Assembly (NCBI GenBank): GCA_902727925.1
Contig: CACVAW010000044.1
Span: forward strand, 15,111-79,110
DNA: 64,000 bases
Direction of reading: 5' to 3'
From: an uncultured Campylobacterales bacterium
GTDB taxonomy: Bacteria; Campylobacterota; Campylobacteria; Campylobacterales; CACVAW01
Both the position numbers and the translations under genes were made by a program. Positions 46,870 to 56,800 of the stretch are shown piece by piece (the first letter of the stretch is position 1; each line of letters starts with the position of its first letter). The notes under the pieces are model-generated. The model saw only the letters and a list, made by a program, of their open reading frames with translations. It did no database searches and was not told the DNA's origin.

Positions 46870-48501
46870 TCACTTCTTATAAGATAAGTTTATAGCACTT
46901 ATCAGACCTTTTATAGATGAATGAGTGATATTATCATCTATGCCAACCCCATAATATATTTTGTTGTCTTTTTTGATACCAAAGTATGCTGCTGCTTTTG
47001 CTTCTGCACCTGAACCTAAAGAGTGTTCAGAGTATTCAAGTACTTTAAAGTCTATTCCTAACTCTTTAAAAATCTCAGATATAGCTTCTATCGCACCACT
47101 TGAGTCTAGTTCTTTATGATAAGTTTTACCATCTATGATAAAATCAGCTTTAACACTAACTTTACCTTTTTCACTTTTTAGAGTTATATTTTTGATATTC
47201 ACTATTTCATTTCTATTTACAAAATGTGATTCAAAAGACTTTAGTATTTCACTGTTTTGTAATACTCTATTAGATTTGTCACTGATTTTTTGTACTTCTA
47301 TACCAACATACGCTTGCATGCCTTTTGGTATTTTGTATCCATATTTTGACTTAAGTATATATGAAACACCACCTTTTCCTGATTGTGAGTTAATCATAAT
47401 GATAGCTTCATAATCACGCCCAACATCACTAGGGTCAATCGGCAAATACGGAACTTCCCATATAGTGTCCACACCTTGCAAGTCCATACCTTTTTTAATA
47501 GCATCTTGATGTGAACCACTAAATGCAGTATATACCATATCTCCAACATAAGGATGTCTCAGATGCGTTTTGATATCAGTTACATCTTCTACTACTTTTC
47601 TTATTTCGTCTAGGTTATTGAACTTTAGTTTTGGATCAATTCCTTGTGTGAACATATTAAGAGCTAAAGTCACGATATCTACATTACCAGTTCGCTCACC
47701 ATTTCCAAAAAGTGTACCCTCAATCCTATGAGCTCCTGCCATGAGTGCCAATTCACTTGAAGCTACAGCAGTTCCCCTATCATTATGATTATGTACACTT
47801 ATATATATATTGTTGATATGTTTTAAATTTCTTATCATCCATTCAACTTGATCTGCATATATATTAGGAGTTGAAAGCTCTACAGTTGCTGGAAGATTGA
47901 TTATTACCTTCTCGTCTTTTTTCGGATTCCATGCTCCTACCACTGCGTCACATATATCACAAGAGAATTCTAGCTCAGTACCAGTGAAACTCTCAGGTGA
48001 ATATTCAAGTCTTAAGTTTCCCTCATAGTTTTTGAACTCTTCTTTTACAATACGAACACCATTAAGTGCAAGTTCTATTATCTCTTCTTTGGTTTTTTTG
48101 AATACTATTTTTCTTTGTGCTACTGATGTTGAATTATATAAATGCAAAATAACATTTTTTGCACCTTTTACTGCAAGTGCTGTTTTTGCTATCAAGTGTT
48201 CTCTTGCTTGTGTTAGAACTTGTATTGATACATCATCAGGTATAAGACCATCTTCTATGATTTTTCTAGTGAATTCAAATTCTGTTTCACTAGCACTTGG
48301 AAACCCAATTTCTATTTCTTTAAAACCAATATCTACAAGTAATTTAAAGAGTTTTAGTTTTTCGTCTATATCCATAGGTTTGACAAGTGCTTGATTGCCA
48401 TCACGCAAATCTACACTACACCATATTGGTGGCTTTGTTATTTCATTATCTGGCCAAGTTCTATCTTTTAAGTTGACCTTAGGATATGGTTGATATTTCA
48501 T
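46870..48501 (-). CDS. leuA: 2-isopropylmalate synthase (long form)
   Basis: 543 aa. CSVDLRDGNQA and HNHNDRGT in the HMGL-like barrel, plus a C-terminal LeuA dimerisation/regulatory domain. Confidence 0.9.
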   Translation of the reverse strand: MKYQPYPKVNLKDRTWPDNEITKPPIWCSVDLRDGNQALVKPMDIDEKLKLFKLLVDIGFKEIEIGFPSASETEFEFTRKIIEDGLIPDDVSIQVLTQAREHLIAKTALAVKGAKNVILHLYNSTSVAQRKIVFKKTKEEIIELALNGVRIVKEEFKNYEGNLRLEYSPESFTGTELEFSCDICDAVVGAWNPKKDEKVIINLPATVELSTPNIYADQVEWMIRNLKHINNIYISVHNHNDRGTAVASSELALMAGAHRIEGTLFGNGERTGNVDIVTLALNMFTQGIDPKLKFNNLDEIRKVVEDVTDIKTHLRHPYVGDMVYTAFSGSHQDAIKKGMDLQGVDTIWEVPYLPIDPSDVGRDYEAIIMINSQSGKGGVSYILKSKYGYKIPKGMQAYVGIEVQKISDKSNRVLQNSEILKSFESHFVNRNEIVNIKNITLKSEKGKVSVKADFIIDGKTYHKELDSSGAIEAISEIFKELGIDFKVLEYSEHSLGSGAEAKAAAYFGIKKDNKIYYGVGIDDNITHSSIKGLISAINLSYKK

Positions 48502-48557
48502 AAATTACCTCTTTAATATTACTTACCGCGATTATATTATAATTTCAGTTAAAAGCT

Positions 48558-49886
48558 TTAAGAAAATACCTTATCTAGTATCATCCAAATAAGCGCAATT
48601 GGGATGATAAATCTAAGATTAAATATCCATACATTAAATACTACTTTGTTCATCTGATTTTTCATTGTATTTATAAGTAACTCACGAGGAAGAACAAACC
48701 CAACAAAAAGACTCATGATAATACCACCTAATGGCAATAATAAATAAGTAATATGATCTATCCAGTCAAATAGATTTTTATCACCCCAAGTAAGATACTC
48801 TTTTGTACTATCAATACTAGAAAATATCACAAGTATCCCAACTATATAAAAGAATAGTCCACTATAAATAACAGCTTTAGCTCTTGAAGTTTTTAGTACA
48901 CGTATAAGATACATTACAACTGGTTCAAGAAGAGATACAGCAGACGAAATACCCGCAAAAAACAGCCCTACAAAGAATATCAGACTTAAGAAATTCCCAA
49001 GTACTCCAAACGATTCAAAGACAACTGGCAATGATATAAATACAAGACCTGGACCACTATTCGCTTCACTAGTATAAGAGAATAAGAACGCATATATCAT
49101 AACTCCTGCAAAAAGTGCCACGGCTGTATCAAAAAAAGCTACCCAAAAAGAAGCTTTAACGATATTTGTTTTTTTAGGTAGTGACGCACTATAAGTAAGT
49201 ATCGTACCCATACCTAAAGATATAGTAAAAAACGCATGTCCAACAGCACTAAGCATCACATCAGAATTAAGCTTAGAAAAATCAGGATTAAATATAAATG
49301 ACAAAGATGTACTAAATGAATCCAAACTAATAGAATAAACAAACAGTCCAAATATGATGAGCATTAGTACTGGCATAAGAAAATAATTAGCCTTTTCTAT
49401 ACCTGATTTTATTCCTTTTATCACAATAAAAGCAACAACAATAAAAGCAAGTGTATGAAAAGATATTTGAGGTATAAAATCAGATGAAAGAAAGCTTTCA
49501 AATAACTCTTTTGAGTTTTCTATTCCCACAGGAAGTGAACCAAAAGACAAGAATATATACCTAACTATCCAACCAATAACAACAGAATAAAATGTAAGTA
49601 TAAAGAGTCCCGTAAAAGCCATAAATACACTTTTGCCCCAAAGGTATTTATTCTTTGTAGCTAGTACTTCAAAACTCTGCCCTACATCTCCTCTTCCAAG
49701 ATATCCTATAAGCATCTCAGCAATAAGTACCGAAATACCAACAAATACAATAGTAAAAAGATATATTAAAACAAATGCTCCACCACCTTGCTCTGCTACC
49801 ATATAAGGAAACTTCCAAATATTTCCAAGACCAACAGCAGCACCTACAGTTGCCATTATAAATCCAAGTTTTGTAAAGTTATTCAT
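48558..49886 (-). CDS. sodium-dependent neurotransmitter:sodium symporter (SNF/NSS) family transporter
   Basis: GLGNIWKFPY signature. 442 aa with about 11-12 TM helices. Confidence 0.85.
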   Translation of the reverse strand: MNNFTKLGFIMATVGAAVGLGNIWKFPYMVAEQGGGAFVLIYLFTIVFVGISVLIAEMLIGYLGRGDVGQSFEVLATKNKYLWGKSVFMAFTGLFILTFYSVVIGWIVRYIFLSFGSLPVGIENSKELFESFLSSDFIPQISFHTLAFIVVAFIVIKGIKSGIEKANYFLMPVLMLIIFGLFVYSISLDSFSTSLSFIFNPDFSKLNSDVMLSAVGHAFFTISLGMGTILTYSASLPKKTNIVKASFWVAFFDTAVALFAGVMIYAFLFSYTSEANSGPGLVFISLPVVFESFGVLGNFLSLIFFVGLFFAGISSAVSLLEPVVMYLIRVLKTSRAKAVIYSGLFFYIVGILVIFSSIDSTKEYLTWGDKNLFDWIDHITYLLLPLGGIIMSLFVGFVLPRELLINTMKNQMNKVVFNVWIFNLRFIIPIALIWMILDKVFS

Positions 49887-49895
49887 TTAAGACCT

Positions 49896-50555
49896 TTATA
49901 AATTTATGAAGTTTTGTATCATTTTTATTCCATTATCATGGCTTTTTTCTGGATGTGGTTGTATCCCATATATATTATTGTTTTTGACTATACTAGCAAA
50001 CTCATATCCATACTCAGTAGTTCCTATGATATATTTGTCCTCACATTCTATATGATGACTATGTACAAAATACAGATACACATTATCATCAATACCATCA
50101 AACACTCTGTCTTCTTTAAGGCGAACCTTATTCCACCCCATGTGAGGGACTTTGAGTCTAATTTTGAATCTATTTTTATCAAATATCTTCACAGTACCAG
50201 GAATCAGACCAAGCCCAGAATGCAGACCGAACTCATCTCCCTTATCAAAAAGAAGTTGCGCTCCAAGACAAATACCTAGAAGCTTACCCCCATTATTAGC
50301 ATACTCTTTAATACTCTCATCAAAGCCACTTTCTTTAAGAGAATCCATAGCATCACCAAAAGCGCCAACACCAGGAAGTATCACATGATCATATTTGAAA
50401 ATATCATCTTTGTTTTTTATTACATCTGCTTCTTGTTCACATTTCAAAAAAGCATTTTTAACACTGGCAAGATTGCCCATATTATAATCAACAATTGCTA
50501 TCTTCAAATATTTAGCCTTTTTATTTTTATTTTGGTGTTCAAATACTAACTTCAT
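49896..50555 (-). CDS. hisH: imidazole glycerol phosphate synthase glutamine amidotransferase subunit
   Basis: IAIVDYNMGN, GICLGAQLL (nucleophile Cys) and QPHPEKS. The N-terminal ~18 aa of the track ORF are probably upstream of the true start. Confidence 0.9.
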   Translation of the reverse strand: MKLVFEHQNKNKKAKYLKIAIVDYNMGNLASVKNAFLKCEQEADVIKNKDDIFKYDHVILPGVGAFGDAMDSLKESGFDESIKEYANNGGKLLGICLGAQLLFDKGDEFGLHSGLGLIPGTVKIFDKNRFKIRLKVPHMGWNKVRLKEDRVFDGIDDNVYLYFVHSHHIECEDKYIIGTTEYGYEFASIVKNNNIYGIQPHPEKSHDNGIKMIQNFINL

Positions 50556-50615
50556 ACGCTTAAGGCTTTTACTTGTTCCGAAATCTCAACTACTAAGATT
50601 TCTAGTTTTTGGATA

Positions 50616-51629
50616 TTAGTCTTGAAATTTTTGTTTTATATCTTCCATTACTTTTTTATCAAAGTCTGATTCTATTTTTTGAGTTTTATTGAACTTATCA
50701 TATTCATTATGAGCTTTTGTCTTAGCTTTAGCTTTTGATATTTTACCATTATCTTCAAGTATTTCATATTCATTGAATTCTAAAAACTTATTTACACTAT
50801 TAGCTACTTGCTGCATAGTAAAGTCTGTTTTATTTTCTATTAGTCTTTCTATATAATCAAAATATCCAGATATTGCTCTTTCTAAGCTTTTGATTTCATC
50901 TTGACTTAGATAGTTTTTAGCTATTATTGTATCTGATTTTAGGATTCTACCCTTTGGAGAATTTTTCCAGTTTGTCATACCCATATATGGTTTTTTGTTG
51001 TCTACTTTTTTATATATTATTTCAGATGCCGTATGTCCTGTGATTGCATAGTGGAATTTATTTTGTATAGTTGCGTAGAAATTTGTGCTTATTTCTGAGT
51101 GTTTGTTATAGTCTCTTGTACATTCAGCAAATATATCTGTGATTTGTTGGTATATTCTTCTTTCACTTGCTCGTATAGAACGAACTCTTTCAAGTAGTTC
51201 TTTAAAGTAGTCTTTACCAAAGTATTTTTTACCATGGGCTAGCCTATCATCATCCATAGTAAAACCCTTGATGATATACTCTTTTAGTACATTAGACGCC
51301 CATATACGAAATTGTGTAGCTTGTAATGAATTTACTCTATATCCTACTGATAGTATTGCATCTAAGTTATAAAAGGCAATATTTCTTTGAACTTCTCTAT
51401 TACCCTCTGTTTGAACTATTAGGAAATTCCTAATAGTTGAATCTTCTTTTAACTCTTGGCTTTTATAAATGTTTTTTAAATGTTCATTTATCGTTGCAGT
51501 TTGCACTCCAAAGAGTTCAGCCATTCTTTTTTGTGGTAGCCATACATTTCCATCACTTGCTAATATTTCTACTTTTATCTCATCATTAGGTGTAGTATAG
51601 AGTAAGAACTCAGATATCTTATTTTGCAT
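50616..51629 (-). CDS. rhuM: RhuM-family virulence/Fic-associated protein
   Basis: 337 aa. The N-terminus EFLLYTTPNDEIKVEILASDGNVWLPQKRMAELFGVQTATINEHLKNIY is the characteristic RhuM opening. Overlaps the upstream R-M gene by 11 bp. Confidence 0.8.
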   Translation of the reverse strand: MQNKISEFLLYTTPNDEIKVEILASDGNVWLPQKRMAELFGVQTATINEHLKNIYKSQELKEDSTIRNFLIVQTEGNREVQRNIAFYNLDAILSVGYRVNSLQATQFRIWASNVLKEYIIKGFTMDDDRLAHGKKYFGKDYFKELLERVRSIRASERRIYQQITDIFAECTRDYNKHSEISTNFYATIQNKFHYAITGHTASEIIYKKVDNKKPYMGMTNWKNSPKGRILKSDTIIAKNYLSQDEIKSLERAISGYFDYIERLIENKTDFTMQQVANSVNKFLEFNEYEILEDNGKISKAKAKTKAHNEYDKFNKTQKIESDFDKKVMEDIKQKFQD

Positions 51630-54612
51630 TTGAAGTTTCCTCTACTATTCTTATCTCATCATCATTTAGATTATAGAGTTTATAGACCATAGTATCTATT
51701 TCATTTGTAGAGTTTTGGATTTTTGTTTCTAGTTTTTCTATCTCTTCTTTTATTTCTATTTTTTCTACTGGATTAAGAGTATCAATATGCTTATTATATT
51801 TTTTGATTGTTTCTTTTGATTCTAAGATAGTATCTACTAACTGGATAAATGGCTTTTGTTCTTCTTGTGATACTTTTGGAATGGGTATTTTACCAACACC
51901 ATTTTCAAAATATTCATAAATACCATTTCCAGTTTGCTTTCCTATACTCTTATATCTAAAATTTAAAGTTTTAGAGTTTAGTAATGCTAATAAGTATCTT
52001 AAATCTAAGTTTTTATTTGTATCAAATATTACTGTTGTATTTGTTAATCCTATGTATTCATTTGTATTATCAAAACAAAAAATATTTTCTTTTGATCTAT
52101 AGGAACACCAAATTTTATCTAAACTATAGAAGTTCTTATGCATTGGACGACTATATTTCCACCAAACCCTACCTTCATTTCTTACTGTTGCTCTATTATC
52201 TAAAACTTTTTTATTTTCAATTAAATGATTTTGAATAGATAATGGTAGGTCTACAAAACTTTGAGTATCTTCAAAATATAAAATATACTCTTTCAAACTA
52301 TTTATTTCATATTTTTTTATTATTTCTCCACTCATTCTTTTTTTAATAAATTCTTTTGGAAATTGACTTGGATATTTTTTGAATACAAATTGTTTATTAG
52401 CAGCAGTCTCCATGCCTTTACCAATTTTAAAAGTTGTTTTTAACTTCGGATAATCACTATCTATCTTATCATTTATTGCACCTATTTTTTTGTCTACAAG
52501 TGCAAAAACATCATCTTTTTTTAAATTAAGTTCAAAATAATTATTTTCAAAGTTTATAAAGTTTGATATAAAGTCTATATCGTAATTTTTATTTTTAAAA
52601 GAATATGCTAATGTTTTCTGAGTTAATGTTTTTTTATCAAGTTCAATAATTGCAGTAGTAACTGAAGCATCTTCAAAAACCATATATTTTTCAAAATTTA
52701 TAATTTTTGAAATGTTTATATTATCTAATATATAGTTTCTTAATTTTTTTGCTTTATCTGAAAATAAAAAAGCATTTGAAACAATAAGGACAACTTTATT
52801 TTTTGTAAGTTCAATTGCTTTAGCTATAAAATAAAATATTATATCACTTTTATCTTGCCAAACTTGAGGGTAATTATTTTGTATTGATTCAGCAATTATA
52901 GATTTTGCTCCTAATGTTTGAATATTAAAATAAGGGGGATTACCAATAACTACATCAAAACCACCCCTTTCAAAAACTTCTCGAAACTCATCTTCCCAAA
53001 CAAAAGCTTTATCACTAACACTTTTATCATCTATTAAGCTATTACCAACTTTTATCTTCTTACTTAAGTTTGTGAGCTTTTTATCTTTGGTGGCAGTTCT
53101 AAGCCATAAGGATAGCTTAGCAATCTCTACTGCTGCTTCATTGATATCTACTCCGTAGAGGTTGTTTTCTAGTATGCTTGTTTCTATTTCGTAGTATGCT
53201 GTGATATCTTCCATCACTACTAGCTTTTTTTGTAGTGATTTGTGTTCGGATATTAGAAAGTTTAGAGCTTGGTTTAGGAATGCTCCACTACCACACGCTG
53301 GATCTAGTACTTTTAGGTTTAGTAGGTAGTTTCTATATATTTCAAGATTTTGTTTTGTGCGTTGTTCTTTTTGGGTTGGTTTCTTGGGATTTTTGGGAGG
53401 TGTGATATCTTCTATGTTTAGCTCTTCTTTTTTAGCTTCACATAGCTTACCTAGTGTATTTTGTACTATGTAGTCTGTGATGTAGTTAGGAGTGTAGAAT
53501 ACTCCATCTTTTTTTCTTTTGCCTTTTTTGGTGTCGAAGTCTTGGTTATCTATACTAGCTTGTATCTCTTCAAGCTCACTTATGGAGTTTTCGAATATAT
53601 GGCCTAGTATGTTTACACTCACATCACTAGCAAAATCATAGCTTGAGAGTCTGCTTGGTAATTCATTTAGTATCTCACTATCTATTTTTAGACTATCAAG
53701 CTCTATATCAGGTGCAAATAAGCCTCCGTTGTAACCCTCTTTGATATCTAGCTTTTCATTTCCTTTATCTATAGCTTGGAAGTAGATTTTGTAGAAGTAG
53801 TATAAGTCTTTATTGTCCCAGTCATTTTTGTACTGTTTTATGATTTTGTCTATAGTGTAAGGTTGAAGTAGGTTTGTATCTTCTGCAAATAGTATGAAAA
53901 TGATTCTATCACATAGCTTTTGAGTGAGTTTTAGGACTTGGGATTTGTTTATATTTGGGTTATTTATGATGATATTATCAAATAAGTTGTTTCTAAAATT
54001 TGAATAGATTTTGTACACTTCATTTGATATTTGTGTTTCGTGGTTTTGAGTTTTTTGTTTGATTTGTAGAGGTATAGCGTCTTTGATACTTTCATAGCTT
54101 AGTATGGTGTGTAGTTTTTTAAAACCCTCATAGTCTAATTCAAAAAGCTCAAATCTTTCATAAGATGTTTTCTTGTCTATATAAAATCTTAGCTCATTGA
54201 AGTTCGATATAATTATATATTTTGAGTTGGAGTGTGAGTTATGGTAGTTGAATGCTTGTGATTCTATTTTGTCTAGGTTTTGTGTGTTTTGTGCTTTTAG
54301 TTCTATTACACCTGTTACTTTGTCATCTAGGTATATAACTCCATCTGCTTTTTTTGTATCGTTTTCATTCTTTTTTTCTCGTTCTAGGTTAAAGTTAGAT
54401 GGGTTTGTAATATCAAGGGTATAACCTAAACACTCTTCAAAGATATCTTTTAAAAATCCATCTTGGTATTTTTCTTCTTTGAGTGTCTTTATGTAGTCTA
54501 TTTTTTCTAAAAACTTTTGGTAATTGTTGTATCTTATAGCGATTAAATTTTCATTTTGTTTAGTGATATATGTTTGAAGTACTTTTTTATTAAAAATAGG
54601 GTTATGGTTCAT
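51619..54612 (-). CDS. type IIG (Eco57I-like) fused restriction endonuclease / N6-adenine DNA methyltransferase
   Basis: 997 aa. N-terminal PD-(D/E)xK-like ADGVIYL...GVIELK...IIISNFNELRFY. SAM motif I VLDPACGSGAFL. Catalytic motif IV VIGNPPY. Long C-terminal target-recognition region. Confidence 0.85.
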   Translation of the reverse strand: MNHNPIFNKKVLQTYITKQNENLIAIRYNNYQKFLEKIDYIKTLKEEKYQDGFLKDIFEECLGYTLDITNPSNFNLEREKKNENDTKKADGVIYLDDKVTGVIELKAQNTQNLDKIESQAFNYHNSHSNSKYIIISNFNELRFYIDKKTSYERFELFELDYEGFKKLHTILSYESIKDAIPLQIKQKTQNHETQISNEVYKIYSNFRNNLFDNIIINNPNINKSQVLKLTQKLCDRIIFILFAEDTNLLQPYTIDKIIKQYKNDWDNKDLYYFYKIYFQAIDKGNEKLDIKEGYNGGLFAPDIELDSLKIDSEILNELPSRLSSYDFASDVSVNILGHIFENSISELEEIQASIDNQDFDTKKGKRKKDGVFYTPNYITDYIVQNTLGKLCEAKKEELNIEDITPPKNPKKPTQKEQRTKQNLEIYRNYLLNLKVLDPACGSGAFLNQALNFLISEHKSLQKKLVVMEDITAYYEIETSILENNLYGVDINEAAVEIAKLSLWLRTATKDKKLTNLSKKIKVGNSLIDDKSVSDKAFVWEDEFREVFERGGFDVVIGNPPYFNIQTLGAKSIIAESIQNNYPQVWQDKSDIIFYFIAKAIELTKNKVVLIVSNAFLFSDKAKKLRNYILDNINISKIINFEKYMVFEDASVTTAIIELDKKTLTQKTLAYSFKNKNYDIDFISNFINFENNYFELNLKKDDVFALVDKKIGAINDKIDSDYPKLKTTFKIGKGMETAANKQFVFKKYPSQFPKEFIKKRMSGEIIKKYEINSLKEYILYFEDTQSFVDLPLSIQNHLIENKKVLDNRATVRNEGRVWWKYSRPMHKNFYSLDKIWCSYRSKENIFCFDNTNEYIGLTNTTVIFDTNKNLDLRYLLALLNSKTLNFRYKSIGKQTGNGIYEYFENGVGKIPIPKVSQEEQKPFIQLVDTILESKETIKKYNKHIDTLNPVEKIEIKEEIEKLETKIQNSTNEIDTMVYKLYNLNDDEIRIVEETSNAK

Positions 54613-54713
54613 ATGATGTTTCTTTGTGTTTTTGTTATTTGTATTTTAGCCTTTAAGGTTTAGAGATGTCTATTGATATTATACTTCATATAGTAAATAT
54701 AGATAATGTTAGA

Positions 54714-54764
54714 CTCACAAAGTTTACTCCAAGCCATTTAGTATTGAACTTCCTTTGTTCTTGG
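54714..54764 (+). repeat. 51-bp repeat, copy 2, abutting the 3' end of tRNA-Ala
   Basis: CTCACAAAGTTTACTCCAAGCCATTTAGtaTTGAAcTTCCTTTGtTCtTgG. See copy 1 at 19750-19800, which is in inverted orientation. Confidence 0.75.
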
Positions 54765-54837
54765 TGGAGACAAGGGGGTTCGAACCCCTGACCTATGCAC
54801 TGCCAGCGCATCGCTCTCCCAGCTGAGCTATGTCCCC
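54762..54837 (-). tRNA. tRNA-Ala (anticodon GGC)
   Basis: Hand-folded cloverleaf: GGGGACA-TA-GCTC-AGCTGGGA-GAGC-G-ATGCG-CTGGCAG-TGCAT-AGGTC-AGGGG-TTCGAAC-CCCCT-TGTCTCC-ACCA. It has the G3:U70 alanine identity pair, a TTCGAAC T-loop and an encoded CCA. Confidence 0.9.
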
Positions 54838-54908
54838 ATACTTCCCAAGCGTTAGATTAGCAAATTTTTGATAAAATTACTAATAAACCAATATATAAAG
54901 ACAAAAAT

Positions 54909-55604
54909 ATGATAAAAATACTAATGATAGAAGATGATATTGAGCTTGCTGAGATTATTTCTGAGTATTTAGCTCAATTTGATATGAAAGTGACAAACTA
55001 TGATGATCCCTTTATTGGAGGTAGTGTTGCTAGTAGTGAGGACTATGAGCTTCTTATACTTGATCTTACTCTTCCTGGTATGGATGGGTTAGAGATATGT
55101 AAAGATATTAGAAAATCTTCTGATATACCTATTATTATTTCAAGTGCAAGGAGTGATATCAAAGATAAGATTGAAGCTTTTGATCTTGGTGCTGATGATT
55201 ATCTACCAAAACCGTATGACCCTCAAGAACTCCTAATAAGAATAAAGACTATACTAAAAAGATATAACAAGATAAATGAACAAGGTGAAGTAATAGTAGA
55301 CAAAAAAGCGTTTAAAATAAATACAACCAAACATCAAATACTTTTTTATAATAAACCTCTTCAACTTACTCTTGGAGAATACGGTCTACTAGAGTACTTA
55401 ATCAAAAAAAATGGCGATATTGTTTCGCGTAATGAGATAATGTATAATGTAGAGTATATATCTGCTGATAGCTCTAAAAAAAGCGTTGATGTAATAATAG
55501 GAAGACTAAGAAATAAAATAGAATCAGATGTTAAAAATCCTAAATATATCTTATCAGTAAGAGGACTTGGCTATAGACTAGAGAATGTCTCTCAAGAGTC
55601 ATAA
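54909..55604 (+). CDS. OmpR-family response regulator
   Basis: Receiver domain (ILMIEDD, LLILDLTLPGMDG, KP) and a winged-helix output domain (LTLGEYGLLEYL, VRGLGYRL). Confidence 0.9.
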   Translation: MIKILMIEDDIELAEIISEYLAQFDMKVTNYDDPFIGGSVASSEDYELLILDLTLPGMDGLEICKDIRKSSDIPIIISSARSDIKDKIEAFDLGADDYLPKPYDPQELLIRIKTILKRYNKINEQGEVIVDKKAFKINTTKHQILFYNKPLQLTLGEYGLLEYLIKKNGDIVSRNEIMYNVEYISADSSKKSVDVIIGRLRNKIESDVKNPKYILSVRGLGYRLENVSQES

Positions 55605-55606
55605 AT

Positions 55607-56791
55607 ATGAATAAATCTTCTTTATCATCAATAATCAACTTCATCTTTGCTATGGCAGCTGGATTTTTGATACTTACATTTTTGCTATTTATTATCTACG
55701 AGAAAGATCAATTTGCGAACAAATTTGCAAGTAAATACTCTGTCATAACTTCGATAATCGAAGATGAAAAAAGCTATAGTCTGTCAGGTTTGTCTCAAAA
55801 AATAGAAAAACTAAACTTGAAATTACTTTTTGATAAAGATGTTTTAGATCATGCCAAAAATAATTTTGATGATAGAATTGAAGTATTTGAGTATAAAGAA
55901 AAACTTTATTTAACTTTTTTGTATAATAATCTAAGACTACTTTTTCTAGATAAAGACTATGAGCCTTATGAGTATTATAAGATGTTGATTCTATTTCTTA
56001 TAAGTCTTATTATTTTACTATTTTCTTATTATCTTATACATATAAGCTTGAAACCTCTTCAAACACTAACATCAAAAGTTGAAGAGTTTTCCAAAGGAAA
56101 CCTTGATGTGCAAGTAAAGATAAAAGGAACTACTGAGATATCAAACCTCGCACTTGCTTTTAACAGTGCAATCACACATACAAAAAAGATAAATGAATCA
56201 AGAAGGCTTTTCATGCGTAATATCATGCATGAAATAAAAACACCAATAACAAAAGGTAAGCTTCTCCTTAGTTTGCCACAAAATGATACAAATTCTAAAA
56301 GAATGCAAAATGTTTTTAATAGACTTGAAGAACTTATAAAAGAATTTACAATCATAGAAGAATACAGTGCCGGACTACTTAACCCAAAATTGCAAATTCA
56401 TACATTCAGTGATATATATAAAGATGCGGTTAACCTTGCTATGGTTGGTTCAAGACATATAAAAACAAGAGGCAACCTAAATAACACATACTTAGTCGAT
56501 AAAGACCTTCTTATCATAGCTGTGAAAAATATGATAGACAATGCTATCAAGTATTCACCTGATAAAGAAGTTCTGATATCTGTACAAAAAGACAAAATAG
56601 AGTTCATAAACAAAGGACAAAGGCTTGATAAAGAATTAAAATACTATATACAACCGTTTGCTAAAAAATCTTCAAGTAAAGATAGCTTAGGGTTAGGTCT
56701 ATATATAGTTAGTAATATCCTAAAATCAAATGAGATTAAACTCAAATATAGATATTCAAAAAACAAAAATATCTTTATATTTGAGTTCTAA
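55607..56791 (+). CDS. sensor histidine kinase (HAMP-HisKA-HATPase)
   Basis: Two TM helices, a HAMP segment, H-box FMRNIMHEIKTPIT, N-box NMIDNAIKYS and G-box LGLGLYIV. Starts 2 bp after the regulator. Confidence 0.85.
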   Translation: MNKSSLSSIINFIFAMAAGFLILTFLLFIIYEKDQFANKFASKYSVITSIIEDEKSYSLSGLSQKIEKLNLKLLFDKDVLDHAKNNFDDRIEVFEYKEKLYLTFLYNNLRLLFLDKDYEPYEYYKMLILFLISLIILLFSYYLIHISLKPLQTLTSKVEEFSKGNLDVQVKIKGTTEISNLALAFNSAITHTKKINESRRLFMRNIMHEIKTPITKGKLLLSLPQNDTNSKRMQNVFNRLEELIKEFTIIEEYSAGLLNPKLQIHTFSDIYKDAVNLAMVGSRHIKTRGNLNNTYLVDKDLLIIAVKNMIDNAIKYSPDKEVLISVQKDKIEFINKGQRLDKELKYYIQPFAKKSSSKDSLGLGLYIVSNILKSNEIKLKYRYSKNKNIFIFEF

Positions 56792-56800
56792 GGTCTAAGC

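Noticed and set aside
50556-50615. Search for a direct repeat of the tRNA-Ala 3' end (att scar) at the hisH-side junction of the R-M island
   Set aside because: No match to TGGTGGAGACAAGGGGG or its complement is visible in the 60-bp junction, so the island boundaries cannot be defined by att repeats from this window alone.
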